Shown here: piece after piece, positions 39,201-54,200 of the stretch
Numbering within the stretch: position 1 is the first letter of the stretch
Layout: each line of letters opens with the position of its first letter
The notes under the pieces: generated by a model
What the model saw: the letters and a program-made list of their open reading frames with translations, nothing else
Told to the model about the DNA's origin: nothing
The model's database searches: none
Translations under genes and position numbers: made by a program
Assembly (NCBI GenBank): GCA_964016885.1
Contig: OZ024742.1
Location: 162,688,001-162,752,000 of the forward strand
DNA length: 64,000 nt
Reading direction: 5' to 3'
Source of the DNA: Eledone cirrhosa
Lineage: Eukaryota

Positions 39201-42200
39201 TCTCCTGATTTTTTTTACAAATTATCTCCCCCTGATTTTTTTACAAGTTATCTCCCCTTGGAGGCTGGAATTTATCTCCCCTTGGACGGCTGGAAATTAT
39301 CTCTCCTTGGACGGCTAGTAATTACCTCTCCTTGGACGGCTGGAAAATATGTCTCGTTGGAGGGCTGGAAATCATCTCCCCTTGGACGGCTGGAAATTAT
39401 CTCCCCTTGGACGGCTGGAAATTATCTCTCCTTGGACGGCTAGAAATTACCTCTCCTTGGACGGCTGAAAATTATCTCTCCTTGGACGGCTGGAAATTAT
39501 CTCCCCTTGGACGCCTAGATATTACCTCCCATTGGACGGCTGGAAATTATCTCCCCTTGATTTTTTTTACAAATTATCTCCCCCTGATTTTTTTTACAAA
39601 TTATCTCCACCTGATTTTTTTACAAATTATCTCCCCCTGATTTTTTTTACAAATTATCTCCGCCTAATTTTTTTAAATATTATCTTCCCTTGGCTGGCGG
39701 GAAATTATCTCCCCTTGGACGGCTGAAAATTATCTCCCCTTGGACGGCTGGAAATTATCTCCCCTTGATTTTTTTTACAAATTATCTCCCCCTGATTTTT
39801 TTTTACAAATTATCTCCCCCTGATTTTTTTTTACAAATTATCTCCCCCTGATTTTTTTTTACAAATTATCTCCCCCTGATTTTTTTACAAATTATCTCCC
39901 CTTGGCTGGCTGGAAATTATCTCCCCTTGGAGGCTGGAATTTATCTCCCCTTGGACGGCTAGAAATTACCTCTCCTTGGACGGCTGGAAAATATGTCCTT
40001 GGACGGCTGGATATTATCTACCCTTGGACGGCTGGAAATTATCTCCCCTTGGACGGCTGGAAATTATCTCCCCTTGGACGGCTAGATATTACCTCCCCTT
40101 GGACGGCTGGAAATTATCTCCCCTTGATTTTTTTTACAAATTATCTCCCCCTGATTTTTTTTACAAATCTAATGATTTTTTAAAAAAAATTATCTCCCCT
40201 TCGCTGGCTGGAAATTATCTCCCCTTGGACGCTGGAAATTATAGCCCCTTGGAGGGCTGGAAATTATCTTCCCTTGGACGGCTGGAAATTATCTCCCCTT
40301 GGCTCGAAATTATCTCCCCTTGGACGGCTAGAAATTATCTCTCTTCGGACGGCTGGAAATTATCTCCCTTTGATTTTTTTTACAAATTATCTCCTCCTGA
40401 TTTTTTTTACAAATCTCCCCCTGATTTTTTAAAAAAAATTATCTCCCCTTCGCTGGCTGGAAATTATCTCCCCTTGGACACTGGAAATTATAGCCCCTTG
40501 GAGGGCTGGAAATTATCTTCCCTTGGACGGCTGGAAATTATCTCTGCTTGATTTTTTTTACAAATTATCTCCCCCTGATTTTTTTTTACAAATTATCCCC
40601 CCCGATTTTTTTTACAAATTATCTCCCCCTGATTTTTTTTACAAATTATCTCCCCTTGGACGGCTGGAAATTATCTCCCCTTGGACGGCTGGAAATTATC
40701 TCCCCTTGGACGGCTAGAAATTACCTCTCCTTGGACGACTGAAAATTATCTCCCCTTGGACGGCTGCAAATTATCTCCCCTTGATTTTTTTTACAAATTA
40801 TCTCCGCCTGATTTTTTTTTTAAAATTATCTCCTCTTGGACGGCTGGAAATTACCTCCCCTTGGACGGCTGGAAATTATCTCCCCTTGGACGGCTAGAAA
40901 TTACCTCTCATTGGACGGCTGAAAATTATCTCCCCTTGGACGGCTGGAAATTATCTCCCCTTGATTTTTTTTACAAATTATCTCCCCCTGATTTTTTTTT
41001 ACAAATTATCTCCCCCTGATTTTTTTTTTACAAATTATCTCCGCCTGATTTTTTTTTAAAATTATCTCTCCTTGGACGGCTGGATATTATCTCCCCTTTC
41101 ATTTTTTTTACAAATTATCTCCCCCTGATTTTTTTTACAAATTATCTCCCCCTGATTTTTTTTTACAAATTATCTACCCCTAATTTTTTTTTACAAATTA
41201 TCTCCCCCTGATTTTTTTTACAAATTATCTCCCCCTGATTTTTTTACAAATTATCTCCCCTTGGCTGGCTGGAAATTATCTCCCCTTGGACGGCTAGAAA
41301 TTACCTCTCCTTGGACGGCTGGAAAATATGTCCTTGGACGGCTGGATATTATCTACCCTTGGACGGCTGGAAATTATCTCCCCTTGGACGGCTGGAAATT
41401 ATCTCCCCTTGGACGGCTAGATATTACCTCCCCTTGGACGGCTGGAAATTATCTCCCCTTGATTTTTTTTACAAATTATCTCCCCCTGATTTTTTTTTAC
41501 AAATTATCTCCCCCTGATTTTTTTTTACAAATTATCTACCCCTGATTTTTTTTTACAAATTATCTCCCCCTGATTTTTTTTACAAATTATCTCCCCCTGA
41601 TTTTTTTTTACAAATTATCTCCCCCTGATTTTTTTTTACAAATTATCTACCCCTGATTTTTTTTTACAAATTATCTCCCCCTGATTTTTTTTACAAATTA
41701 TCTCCCCCTGATTTTTTTTACAAATTATCTCCCCCTGATTTTTTTACAAATTATCTCCCCCTGATTTTTTTTACAAATTATCTCCGCCTAATTTTTTTAA
41801 ATATTATCTTCCCTTGGCTGGCGGGAAATTATCTCCCCTTGGACGGCTGAAAATTATCTCCCCTTGGACGGATGGAAATTATCTCCCCTTGATTTTTTTA
41901 CAAATTATCTCCCCCTGATTATTTTTTACAAATTATCTCCCTCTGATTTTTTTTACAAATTATCTCCCCTTGGCTGGCTGGAAATTATCTCCCCTTGGAG
42001 GCTGGAATTTATCTCCCCTTGGACGGTTTGAAATTACCTTTCCTTGGACTGCTGGAAAATATGTCTCCTTGGACGGCTGGAAATTATCTCCCCTTGGACG
42101 GCTGGAAATTATCTCCCCTTGGACGGCTGGAAATTATCTCTCCTCGGACGACTAGAAATTACCTCTCCTTGGACAGCTGAAAATTATCTCCCCTTGGACG

Positions 42201-45200
42201 GCTGGAAATTATCTCCCCTTGATTATTTTTACAAATTATCTCCCCCTGATTTTTTTTTACAAATTATCTCCCCCTGATTTTTTTTTACAAATTATCTCCC
42301 CCTGATTTTTTTTACAAATTATCTCCCCCTGATATTTTTTACAAATTATCTCCCCCTGATTTTTTTACAAATTATCTCCCCTTGGCTGGCTGGAAATTAT
42401 CTCCCCTTGGAGGCTGGAATTTATCTCCCCTTGGACGGCTAGAAATTACCTCGCCATGGACGGCTGGAAAATATGTCTCCTTGGACGGCTGGAAATTATC
42501 TCCCCTTGGACGGCTGGAAATTATCTCCCCTTGGACGGCTGGAAATTATCTCCCCTTGGACGGCTAGATATTACCTCCCCTTGGACGGCTGGAAATTATC
42601 TCCCCTTGATTTTTTTTACAAATTATCTCCCCCTGATTTTTTTTTACAAATTATCTCCCCCTGATTTTTTTTTACGAATTATCTCCCCCTGATTTTTTTT
42701 TACAAATTATCTCCGCCTGATTTTTTTTAAAAAATTATCTCCCCTTGAACGGCTGGAAATTATCTCCCCTTGGACGGCTGGAAATTATCTCCCCTTGGAC
42801 GGCTAGAAATTACCTCTCCTTGGACGGCTGAAAATTATCTCCCCTTGGACGGCTGCAAATTATCTCCCCTTGATTTTTTAACAAATTATCTCCCCCTGAT
42901 TTTTTTTTACAAATTATCTCCCCCTGATTTTTTTTTACAAATTATCTACGCCTAATTTTTTTTACAAATTATCTCCCCCTGATTTTTTTTTACAAATTAT
43001 CTCCCCCTGATTTTTTTTACAAATTATCTCCCCCTGATTTTTTTTTACAAATTATTTCCCCCTGATTTTTTTACAAATTATCTCCCCCCTGATTTTTTTT
43101 ACAATCTCCGCCTGATTTTTTTAAAAATTATCTTCCCTTGAATGGCGGGAAATTATCTCCCCTTGGACGGCTGGAAATTATATCCCCTTGGAAGGATGGA
43201 AATTATCTCCCCTTGGACGGCTGGAAATTATCTCCCCTTGGACGGCTGGAAATTATCTCCCCTTGGACAGCTGGAAATTATCTGCCCTTGATTTTGTTTT
43301 TACAAATTATCTCCCCCTGATTTTTTTTACAAATTATCTCCACCTGATTTTTTAAAAAATTATCTCCCCTTGGACGGCTGGAAATTATCTCCCCTTGATT
43401 TTTTTACAAATTATCTCCCCCTGATTTTTTTTACAAATTATCTCCCCCTGATTTTTTTTTACAAATTATCTCCCCCTGATTTTTTTACAAATTATCTCCC
43501 CCTGATTTTTTTTACAAATTATCTCCGCCTGATTTTTTAAAATATTATCTTCCCTTGGCTGGCGGGAAATTATCTCCCCTTGGACGGCTGAAAATTATCT
43601 CCCCTTGGACGGCTGGAAATTATCTCCCCTTGATTTTTTTACAAATTATCTCCCCTTGATTTTTTTTACAAATTATCTCCCCCTGATTTTTTTTACAAAT
43701 TATCTCCCCCTGATTTTTTTTTACAAATTATCTCCCCCTGATTTTTTTTACCAGTTATCTCACCCTGATTTTTTTTACAAATTATCTCTCCCTGATTTTT
43801 TTACAAATTATCTCCCCTTGGCTGGCTGGAAATTATCTCCCCTTGGAGGCTGGAATTTATCTCCCCTTGGACGGCTAGAAATTACCTCTCCTTGGACGGC
43901 TGGAAAATATGTCTCCTTGGACGGCTGGATATTATCTACCCTTGGACGGCTGGAAATTATCTCCCCTTGGACGGCTGGAAATTATCTCCCCTTGATTTTT
44001 TTACAAATTATCTCCCCCTGATTTTTTTACAAATTATCTCCCCCTGATTTTTTTTACAAATTATCTCCGCCTAATTTTTTTAAATATTATCTTCCCTTGG
44101 CTGGCGGGAAATTATCTCCCCTTGGACGGCTGAAAATTATCTCCCCTTGGACGGCTGGAAATTATCTCCCCTTGATTTTTTTTACAAATTATCTCCCCCT
44201 GATTATTTTTTACAAATTATCTCCCCCTGATTTTTTTTACAAATTATCTCCCCCTGATCTTTTTACAAATTATCTCCCCTTGGCTGGCTGGAAATTATCT
44301 CCTCCTGGAGGCTGGAATTTATCTCCCCTTGGACGGCTAGAAATTACCTCTCCTTGGACGGCTGGAAAATATGTCTCCTTGGACGGCTGGAAATTATCTC
44401 CCCTTGGACGGCTGGAAATTATCTCCCCTTGGACGGCTGGAAATTATCTCTCCTTGGAAGGCTAGAAATTACCTCTCCTTGGACGGCTGAAAATTATCTC
44501 CCCTTGGACGGCTGGAAATTATCTCCCCTTGATTTTTGGTACAAATTATCTCCCCCTGATTTTTTTTTTACAAATTATCTCCCCCTGATTTTTTTACAAA
44601 TTATCTCCCCCTGATTTTTTTTACAAATTATCTCCGCCTGATTTTTTTAAATATTATCTTCCCTTGGCTGGCGGGAAATTATCTCCCCTTGGACGGCTGA
44701 AAATTATTTCCCCTTGGACGGCTGGAAATTATCTCCCCTTGATTTTTTTTACAAATTATCTCCCCCTGATTTTTTTTTACAAATTATCTCCCCCTGATTT
44801 TTTTTTACAAATTATCTCCCCCTGATTTTTTTTACAAATTATCTCCCCCTGATTTTTTTTACAAATCTCCTAATGATTTTTTTTAAAAAATTATCTCCCC
44901 TTCGCTGGCTGGAAATTATCTCCCCCTTGGACGCTGGAAATTATAGCCCCTTGGAGGGCTGGAAATTATCTTCCCTTGGACGGCTGGAAATTATCTCCCC
45001 TTCATTTTTTTTACAAATTATCTACCCCTGATTTTTTTTACAAATTATCTCCCCCTGATTTTTTTTACAAATTATCTCCCCCTGATTTTTTTACAAATTA
45101 TCTCCCCCTGATTTTTTTACAAATTATCTCCCCCTGATTTTTTTTTACAAATTATCTACGCCTAATTTTTTTTACAAATTATCTCCCCCTGATTTTTTTT

Positions 45201-48200
45201 TACAAATTATCTCCCCCTGATTTTTTTTTACAAATTATCTCCCCCTGATTTTTTTTTACAAATTATCTCCCCCTGATTTTTTTACAAATTATCTCCCCCC
45301 TGATTTTTATTACAATCTCCGCCTGATTTTTTAAAAAATTATCTTCCCTTGGCTGGCGGGAAATTATCTCCCCTTGGACGGCTGGAAATTATATCCCCTT
45401 GGAAGGATCGAAATTATCTCCCCTTGGACGGCTGGAAATTATCTCCCCTTGGACGGCTGGAAATTATCTCCCCTTGGACAGCTGGAAATTATCTGCCCTT
45501 GATTTTGTTTTTACAAATTATCTCCCCCTGATTTTTTTTACAAATTATCTCCACCTGATTTTTAAAAAAATTATCTCCCCTTGGACGGCTGGAAATTATC
45601 TCCCCTTGGCTCGAAATTATCTCCCCTTGGACGGCTAGAAATTATCTCTCTTTGGACGGCTGGAAATTATCTCCCTTTGGACACTGGAAATTATAGCCCC
45701 TTGGAGGGCTGGAAATTATCTTCCCTTGGACGGCTGGAAATTACCTCTCCTTGATTTTTTTTACAAATTTTCTCCCCCTGATTTTTTTTTACAAATTATC
45801 CCCCCCGATTTTTTTTACAAATTATCTCCCCCTGATTTTTTTTACAAATTATCTCCCCTTGGACGGCTGGAAATTATCTCCCCTTGGACGGCTGGAAATT
45901 ATCTCCCCTTGGACGGCTAGAAATTACCTCTCATTGGACGGCTGAAAATTATCTCCCCTTGGACGGCTGGAAATTATCTCCCCTTCATTTTCTTTACAAT
46001 TATCTCCCCCTGATTTTTTTTTACAAATTATCTCCCCCTGATTTTTTTTTTACAAATTATCTCCGCCTGATTTTTTTTAAAAATTATCTCTCCTTGGACG
46101 GCTGGATATTATCTCCCCTTTCATTTTTTTTACAAATTATCTCCCCCTGATTTTTTTTACAAATTATCTCCCCCTGATTTTTTTTTACAAATTATCTACC
46201 CCTGATTTTTTTTTACAAATTATCTCCCCCTGATTTTTTTTACAAATTATCTCCTCCTGATTTTTTTTTTACAAATTATCTCCCCCTGATTTTTTTTACA
46301 AATTATCTCCGCCTGATTTTTTTAAATATTATCTTCCCTTGGCTGGCGGGAAATTATCTCCCCTTGGACGGCTGAAAATTATCTCCCCTTGGACGGCTGG
46401 AAATTATCTCCCCTTGATTTTTTTTACAAATTATCTCCCCCTGATTTATTTTTACTAATTATCTCCCCCTGATTTTTTTTTACAAATTATCTCCCCCTGA
46501 TTTTTTTTTACAAATTATCTCCCCCTGATTTTTTTTACAAATTATCTCCCCCTGATTTTTTTACAAATTATCTCCCCTTGGCTGGCTGGAAATTATCTCC
46601 ACTTGGAGGCTGGAATTTATCTCCCCTTGGACGGCTAGAAATTACCTCTCCTTGGACGGCTGGAAAATATGTCCTTGGACAGCTGGATATTATCTACCCT
46701 TGGACGGCTGGAAATTATCTCCTTTTCGACGGCTAGATATTACCTCCCCTTGGACGGCTGGAAATTATCTCCCCTTGATTTTTTTTACAAATTATCTCCC
46801 CCTGATTTTTTTTTACAAATTATCTCCCCCTGATTTTTTTTTACAAATTATCTACCCCTGATTTTTTTTTACAAATTATCTCCCCCTGATTTTTTTTACA
46901 AATTATCTCCCCCTGATTTTTTTTTACAAATTATCTCCCTCTGATTTTTTTTTACAAATTATCTACCCCTGATTTTTTTTACAAATTATCTCCCCCTGAT
47001 TTTTTTTACAAATTATCTCCCCCTGATTTTGTTTACAAATTATCTCCCCCTGATTTTTTTACAAATTATCTCCCCCTGATTTTTTTTACAAATTATCTCC
47101 GCCTAATTTTTTTAAATATTATCTTCCCTTGGCTGGCGGGAAATTATCTCCCCTTGGACGGCTGAAAATTATCTCCCCTTGGACGGCTGGAAATTATCTT
47201 ACCCTTGATTTTTTTTACAAATTATCTCCCCCTGATTATTTTTTACAAATTATCTCCCCCTGATTTTTTTTTACAAATTATCTCCCCCTGATTTTTTTTA
47301 CAAATTATCTCCCCCTGATTTTTTTACAAATTATCTCCCCTTGGCTGGCTGGAAATTATCTCCCCTTGGAGGCTGGAATTTATCTCCCCTTGGACGGTTA
47401 GAAATTACCTCTCCTTGGACGGCTGGAAAATATGTCTCCTTGGACGGCTGGAAATTATCGCCCCTTGGACGGCTGGAAATTATCTCCCCTTGGACGGCTA
47501 GAAATTACCTCTCCTTGGACGGCTGAAAATTATCTCCCCTTGGACGGCTGCAAATTATCTCCCCTTGATTTTTTAACAAATTATCTCCCCCTGATTTTTT
47601 TTTACAAATTATCTCCCCCTGATTTTTTTTTACAAATTATCTCCCCCTGATTTTTTTTTACAAATTATCTCCCCCTGATTTTTTTTACAATCTCCGCCTG
47701 ATTTTTTTAAAAATTATCTTCCCTTGGCTGGCGGGAAATTATCTCCCCTTGGACGGCTGGAAATTATATCCCCTTGGAAGGATGGAAATTATCTCCCCTT
47801 GGACGGCTGGAAATTATCTCCCCTTGGACGGCTGGAAATTATCTCCCCTTGGACAGCTGGAAATTATCTGCCCTTGATTTTGTTTTTACAAATTATCTCC
47901 CCCTGATTTTTTTTACAAATTATCTCCACCTGATTTTTTAAAAAATTATCTCCCCTTGGACGGCTGGAAATTATCTCCCCTTGATTTTTTTACAAATTAT
48001 CTCCCCCTGATTTTTTTTACAAATTATCTCCCCCTGATTTTTTGTTACAAATTATCTCCCCCTGATTTTTTTACAAATTATCTCCCCCTGATTTTTTTTA
48101 CAAATTATCTCCGCCTGATTTTTTTAAATATTATCTTCCCTTGGCTGGCGGGAAATTATCTCCCCTTGGACGGCTGAAAATTATCTCCCCTTGGACGGCT

Positions 48201-51200
48201 GGAAATTATCTCCCCTTGATTTTTTTTACAAATTATCTCCCCCTGATTTTTTTTTACAAATTATCTCCCCCTGATTTTTTTTTACAAATTATCTCCCCCT
48301 GATTTTTTTTTACAAATTGTCTCCCCCTGATTTTTTTTTACAAATTATCTCCCCCTGATTTTTTTACAAATTATCTCCCCTTGGCTGGCTGGAAATTATC
48401 TCCCCTTGGAGGCTGGAATTTATCTCCCCTTGGACGGCTAGAAATTACCTCTCCTTGGACGGCTGGAAAATATGTCTCCTTGGACGGCTGGATATTATCT
48501 ACCCTTGGACGGCTGGAAATTATCTCCCCTCTGACGGCTGGAAATTATCTCCCCTTGGACGGCTAGATATTACCTCCCCTTGGACGGCTGGAAATTATCT
48601 CCCCTTGATTTTTTTTACAAATTATCTCCCCCTGATTTTTTTTTACGAATTATCTCCCCCTGATTTTTTTTTACAAATTATCTCCGCCTGATTTTTTTTT
48701 TTAAATTATCTCCCCTTGAACGGCTGGAAATTATCTCCCCTTGGACGGCTGGAAATTATCTCCCCTTGGACGGCTAGAAATTACCTCTCCTTGGACGGCT
48801 GAAAATTATCTCCCCTTGGACGGCTGCAAATTATCTCCCCTTGATTTTTTTAACAAATTATCTCCCTCTGATTTTTTTTTACAAATTATCTCCCCCTGAT
48901 TTTTTTTTACAAATTATCTACGCCTAATTTTTTTTACAAATTATCTCCCCCTGATTTTTTTTTACAAATTATCTCCCCCTGATTTTTTTTACAAATTATC
49001 TCCCCCTGATTTTTTTTTACAAATTATCTCCCCCTGATTTTTTTACAAATTATCTCCCCCTGATTTTTTTTACAATCTCCGCCTGATTTTTTTAAAAATT
49101 ATCTTCCCTTGGCTGGCGGGAAATTATCTCCCCTTGGACGGCTGGAAATTATATCCCCTTGGAAGGATGGAAATTATCTCCCCTTGGACGGCTGGAAATT
49201 ATCTCCCCTTGGACGGCTGGAAATTACCTCCCCTTGGACAGCTGGAAATTATCTGCCCTTAATTTTGTTTTTACAAATTATCTCCCCCTGATTTTTTTTA
49301 CAAATTATCTCCACCTGATTTTTTAAAAAATTATCTCCCCTTGGACGGCTGGAAATTATCTCCCCTTGATTTTTTTACAAATTATCTCCCCCTGATTTTT
49401 TTTACAAATTATCTCCCCCTGATTTTTTTTTTACAAATTATCTCCCCCTGATTTTTTTACAAATTATCTCCCCCTGATTTTTTTTACAAATTATCTCCGC
49501 CTGATTTTTTTAAATATTATCTTCCCTTGGCTGGCGGGAAATTATCTCCCCTTGGACGGCTGAAAATTATCTCCCCTTGGACGGCTGGAAATTATCTCCC
49601 CTTGATTTTTTTTACAAATTATCTCCCCCTGATTTTTTTTTACAAATTATCTCCCCCTGATTTTTTTTTACAAATTATCTCCCCCTGATTTTTTTTTACA
49701 AATTATCTGCCCCTGATTTTTTTTACAAATTATCTCCCCCTGATTTTTTTACAAATTATCTCCCCTTGGCTGGCTGGAAATTATCTCCCCTTGGAGGCTG
49801 GAATTTATCTCCCCTTGGACGGCTAGAAATTACCTCTCCTTGGACGGCTGGAAAATATTTCTCCTTGGACGGCTGGATATTATCTACCCTTGGACGGGTG
49901 GAAATTATCTCCCCTTGGACGGCTGGAAATTATCTCCCCTTGGACGGCTAGATATTACCTCCCCTTGGACGGCTGGAAATTATCTCCCCATGATTTTTTT
50001 TACAAATTATCTCCCCCTGATTTTTTTTTTACAAATTATCTCCCCCTGATTTTTTTACAAATTATCTCCCCCTGATTTTTTTTACAAATTATCTCCGCCT
50101 GATTTTTTTAAATATTATCTTCCCTTGGCTGGCGGGAAATTATCTCCCCTTGGACGGCTGAAAATTATCTCCCCTTGGGCGGCTGGAAATTATCTCCCCT
50201 TGATTTTTTTTACAAATTATCTCCCCCTGATTATTTTTTACAAATTATCTTTCCCTGATTTTTTTTTACAAATTATCTCCCCCTGATTTTTTTTACAAAT
50301 TATCTCCCCCTGATATTTTTACAAATTATCTCCCCTTGGCTGGCTGGAAATTATCTCCCCTTGGAGGCTGGAATTTATCTCCCCTTGGACGGCTAGTAAT
50401 TACCTCTCCTTGGACGGCTGGAAAATATGTCTCGTTGGAGGGCTGGAAATTATCTCCCCTTGGATGGCTGGAAATTATCTCCCCTTGGACGGCTGGAAAT
50501 TATCTCTCCTTGGACGGCTAGAAATTACCTCTCCTTGGAAGGCTGAAAATTATCTCTCCTTGGACGGCTGGAAATTATCTCCCCTTGGACGGCTAGATAT
50601 TACCTCCCCTTGGACGGCTGGAAATTATCTCCCCTTGATTTTTTTTACAAATTATCTCCCCCTGATTTTTTTTACAAATTATCTCCGCCTAATTTTTTTA
50701 AATATTATCTTCCCTTGGCTGGCGGGAAATTATCTCCCCTTGGACGGCTGAAAATTATCTCCCCTTGGACGGCTGGAAATTATCTCCCCTTGATTTTTTT
50801 TACAAATTATCTCCCCCTGATTTTTTTTTACAAATTATCTCCCCCTGATTTTTTTTTACAAATTATCTCCCCCTGATTTTTTTTTACAAATTATCTCGCC
50901 CTGATTTTTTTTTACAAATTATCTCCCCTTGGCTGGCTGGAAATTATCTCCCCTTCGAGGCTGGAATTTATCTCCCCTTGGACGGCTAGAAATTACCTCT
51001 CCTTGGACGGCTGGAAAATATGTCCTTGGACGGCTGGATATTATCTACCCTTGGACGGCTGGAAATTATCTCCCCTTGGACGGCTGGAAATTATCTCCCC
51101 TTGGACGGCTAGATATTACCTCCCCTTGGACGGCTGGAAATTATCTCCCCTTGATTTTTTTTACAAATTATCTCCCCCTGATTTTTTTTACAAATCTAAT

Positions 51201-54200
51201 GATTTTTTAAAAAAAATTATCTCCCCTTCGCTGGCTGGAAATTATCTCCCCTTGGACGCTGGAAATTATAGCCCCTTGGAGGGCTGGAAATTATCTTCCC
51301 TTGGACGGCTGGAAATTATCTCCCCTTGGCTCGAAATTATCTCCCCTTGGACGGCTAGAAATTATCTCTCTTTGGACGGCTGGAAATTATCTCCCTTTGA
51401 TTTTTTTTACAAATTATCTCCCCCTGATTTTTTTTACAAATCTCCCCCTGATTTTTTAAAAAAAATTATCTCCCCTTCGCTGGCTGGAAATTATCTCCCC
51501 TTGGACACTGGAAATTATAGCCCCTTGGAGGGCTGGAAATTATCTTCCCTTGGACGGCTGGAAATTATCTCTGCTTGATTTTTTTTACAAATTATCTCCC
51601 CCTGATTTTTTTTTACAAATTATTCCCCCCGATTTTTTTTACAAATTATCTCCCCCTGATTTTTTTACAAATTATCTCCCCTTGGACGGCTGGAAATTAT
51701 CTCCCCTTGGACGGCTGGAAATTATCTCCCCTTGGACGGCTAGAAATTACCTCTCCTTGGACGACTGAAAATTATCTCCCCTTGGACGGCTGCAAATTAT
51801 CTCCCCTTGATTTTTTTTACAAATTATCTCCGCCTGATTTTTTTAAAAAAATTATCTCCCCTTGGACGGCTGGAAATTACCTCCCCTTGGACGGCTGGAA
51901 ATTATCTCCCCTTGGACGGCTAGAAATTACCTCTCATTGGACGGCTGAAAATTATCTCCCCTTGGACGGCTGGAAATTATCTCCCCTTGATTTTTTTTAC
52001 AAATTATCTCCCCCTGATTTTTTTTTACAAATTATCTCCCCCTGATTTTTTTTTTACAAATTATCTCCGCCTGATTTTTTTTTAAAATTATCTCTCCTTG
52101 GACGGCTAGATATTATCTCCCCTTTCATTTTTTTACAAATTATCTCCCCCTGATTTTTTTTTACAAATTATCTCCCCCTGATTTTTTTTTACAAATTATC
52201 TACCCCTAATTTTTTTTTACAAATTATCTCCCCCTGATTTTTTTTTACAAATTATCTCCCCCTGATTTTTTTTTTACAAATTATCTCCCCCTGATTTTTT
52301 TACAAATTATCTCCGCCTGATTTTTTTAAATATTATCTTCTCTTGGCTGGCGGGAAATTAACTCCCCTTGGACGGCTGAAAATTATCTCCCCTTGGACGG
52401 CTGGAAATTATCTCCCCTTGATTTTTTTTACAAATTATCTCCCCCTGATTTTTTTTTACAAATTATCTCCCCCTGATTTTTTTTTACAGATTATCTCCCC
52501 CTGATTTTTTTTTACAAATTATCTCCCCCTGAATTTTTTTACAAATTATCTCCCCCTGATTTTTTTACAAATTATCTCCCCTTGGCTGGCTGGAAATTAT
52601 CTCCCCTTGGAGGCTGGAATTTATCTCCCCTTGGACGGCTAGAAATTACCTCTCCTTGGACGGCTGGAAAATATGTCCTTGGACGGCTGGATATTATCTA
52701 CCCTTGGACGGCTGGAAATTATCTCCCCTTGGACGGCTGGAAATTATCTCCCCTTGGACGGCTAGATATTACCTCCCCTTGGACGGCTGGAAATTATCTC
52801 CCCTTGATTTTTTTTACAAATTATCTCCCCCTGATTTTTTTTTACAAATTATCTACCCCTGATTTTTTTTTACAAATTATCTCCCCCTGATTTTTTTTTA
52901 CAAATTATCTCTCCCTGATTTTTTTTTACAAATTATCGCCCCCTGATTTTTTTTTACCAATTATCTACCCCTGATTTTTTTTTACAAATTATCTCCCCCT
53001 GATTTTTTTTACAAATTATCTCCCCCTGATTTTTTTTACAAATTATCTCCCCCTGATTTTTTTACAAATTATCTCCCCCCGATTTTTTTTACAAATTATA
53101 TCCGCCTAATTTTTTTAAATATTATCTTCCCTTGGCTGGCGGGAAATTATCTCCCCTTGGACGGCTGAAAATTATCTCCCCTTGGACGGCTGGAAATTAT
53201 CTCCCCTTGATTTTTTTACAAATTATCTCCCCCTGACTATTTTTTACAAATTATCTCCCCCTGATTTTTTTTTACAAATTATCTCCCTCTGATTTTTTTT
53301 ACAAATTATCTCCCCTTGGCTGGCTGGAAATTATCTCCCCTTGGAGGCTGGAATTTATCTCCCCTTGGACGGTTAGAAATTACCTCTCCTTGGACTGCTG
53401 GAAAATATGTCTCCTTGGACGGCTGGAAATTATCTCCCCTTGGACGGCTGGAAATTATCTCCCCTTGGACGGCTGGAAATTATCTCTCCTCGGACGACTA
53501 GAAATTACCTCTCCTTGGACAGCTGAAAATTATCTCCCCTTGGACGGCTGGAAATTATCTCCCCTTGATTTTTTTTACAAATTATCTCCCCCTGATTTTT
53601 TTTTACAAATTATCTCCCCCTGATTTTTTTTTACAAATTATCTCCCCCTGATTTTTTTTACAAATTATCTCCCCCTGATATTTTTTACAAATTATCTCCC
53701 CCTGATTTTTTTACAAATTATCTCCCCTTGGCTGGCTGGAAATTATCTCCCCTTGGAGGCTGGAATTTATCTCCCCTTGGACGGCTAGAAATTACCTCGC
53801 CTTGGACGGCTGGAAAATATGTCTCCTTGGACGGCTGGAAATTATCTCCCCTTGGACGGCTGGAAATTATCTCCCCTTGGACGGCTGGAAATTATCTCCC
53901 CTTGGACGGCTAGATATTACCTCCCCTTGGACGGCTGGAAATTATCTCCCCTTGATTTTTTTTACAATTTATCTCCCCCTGATTTTTTTTTACAAATTAT
54001 CTCCGCCTGATTTTTTTTTAAAAATTATCTCCCCTTGAACGGCTGGAAATTATCTCCCCTTGGACGTCTGGAAATTATCTCCCCTTGGACGGCTAGAAAT
54101 TACCTCTCCTTGGACGGCTGAAAATTATCTCCCCTTGGACGGCTGCAAATTATCTCCCCTTGATTTTTTAACAAATTATCTCCCCCTGATTTTTTTTTAC

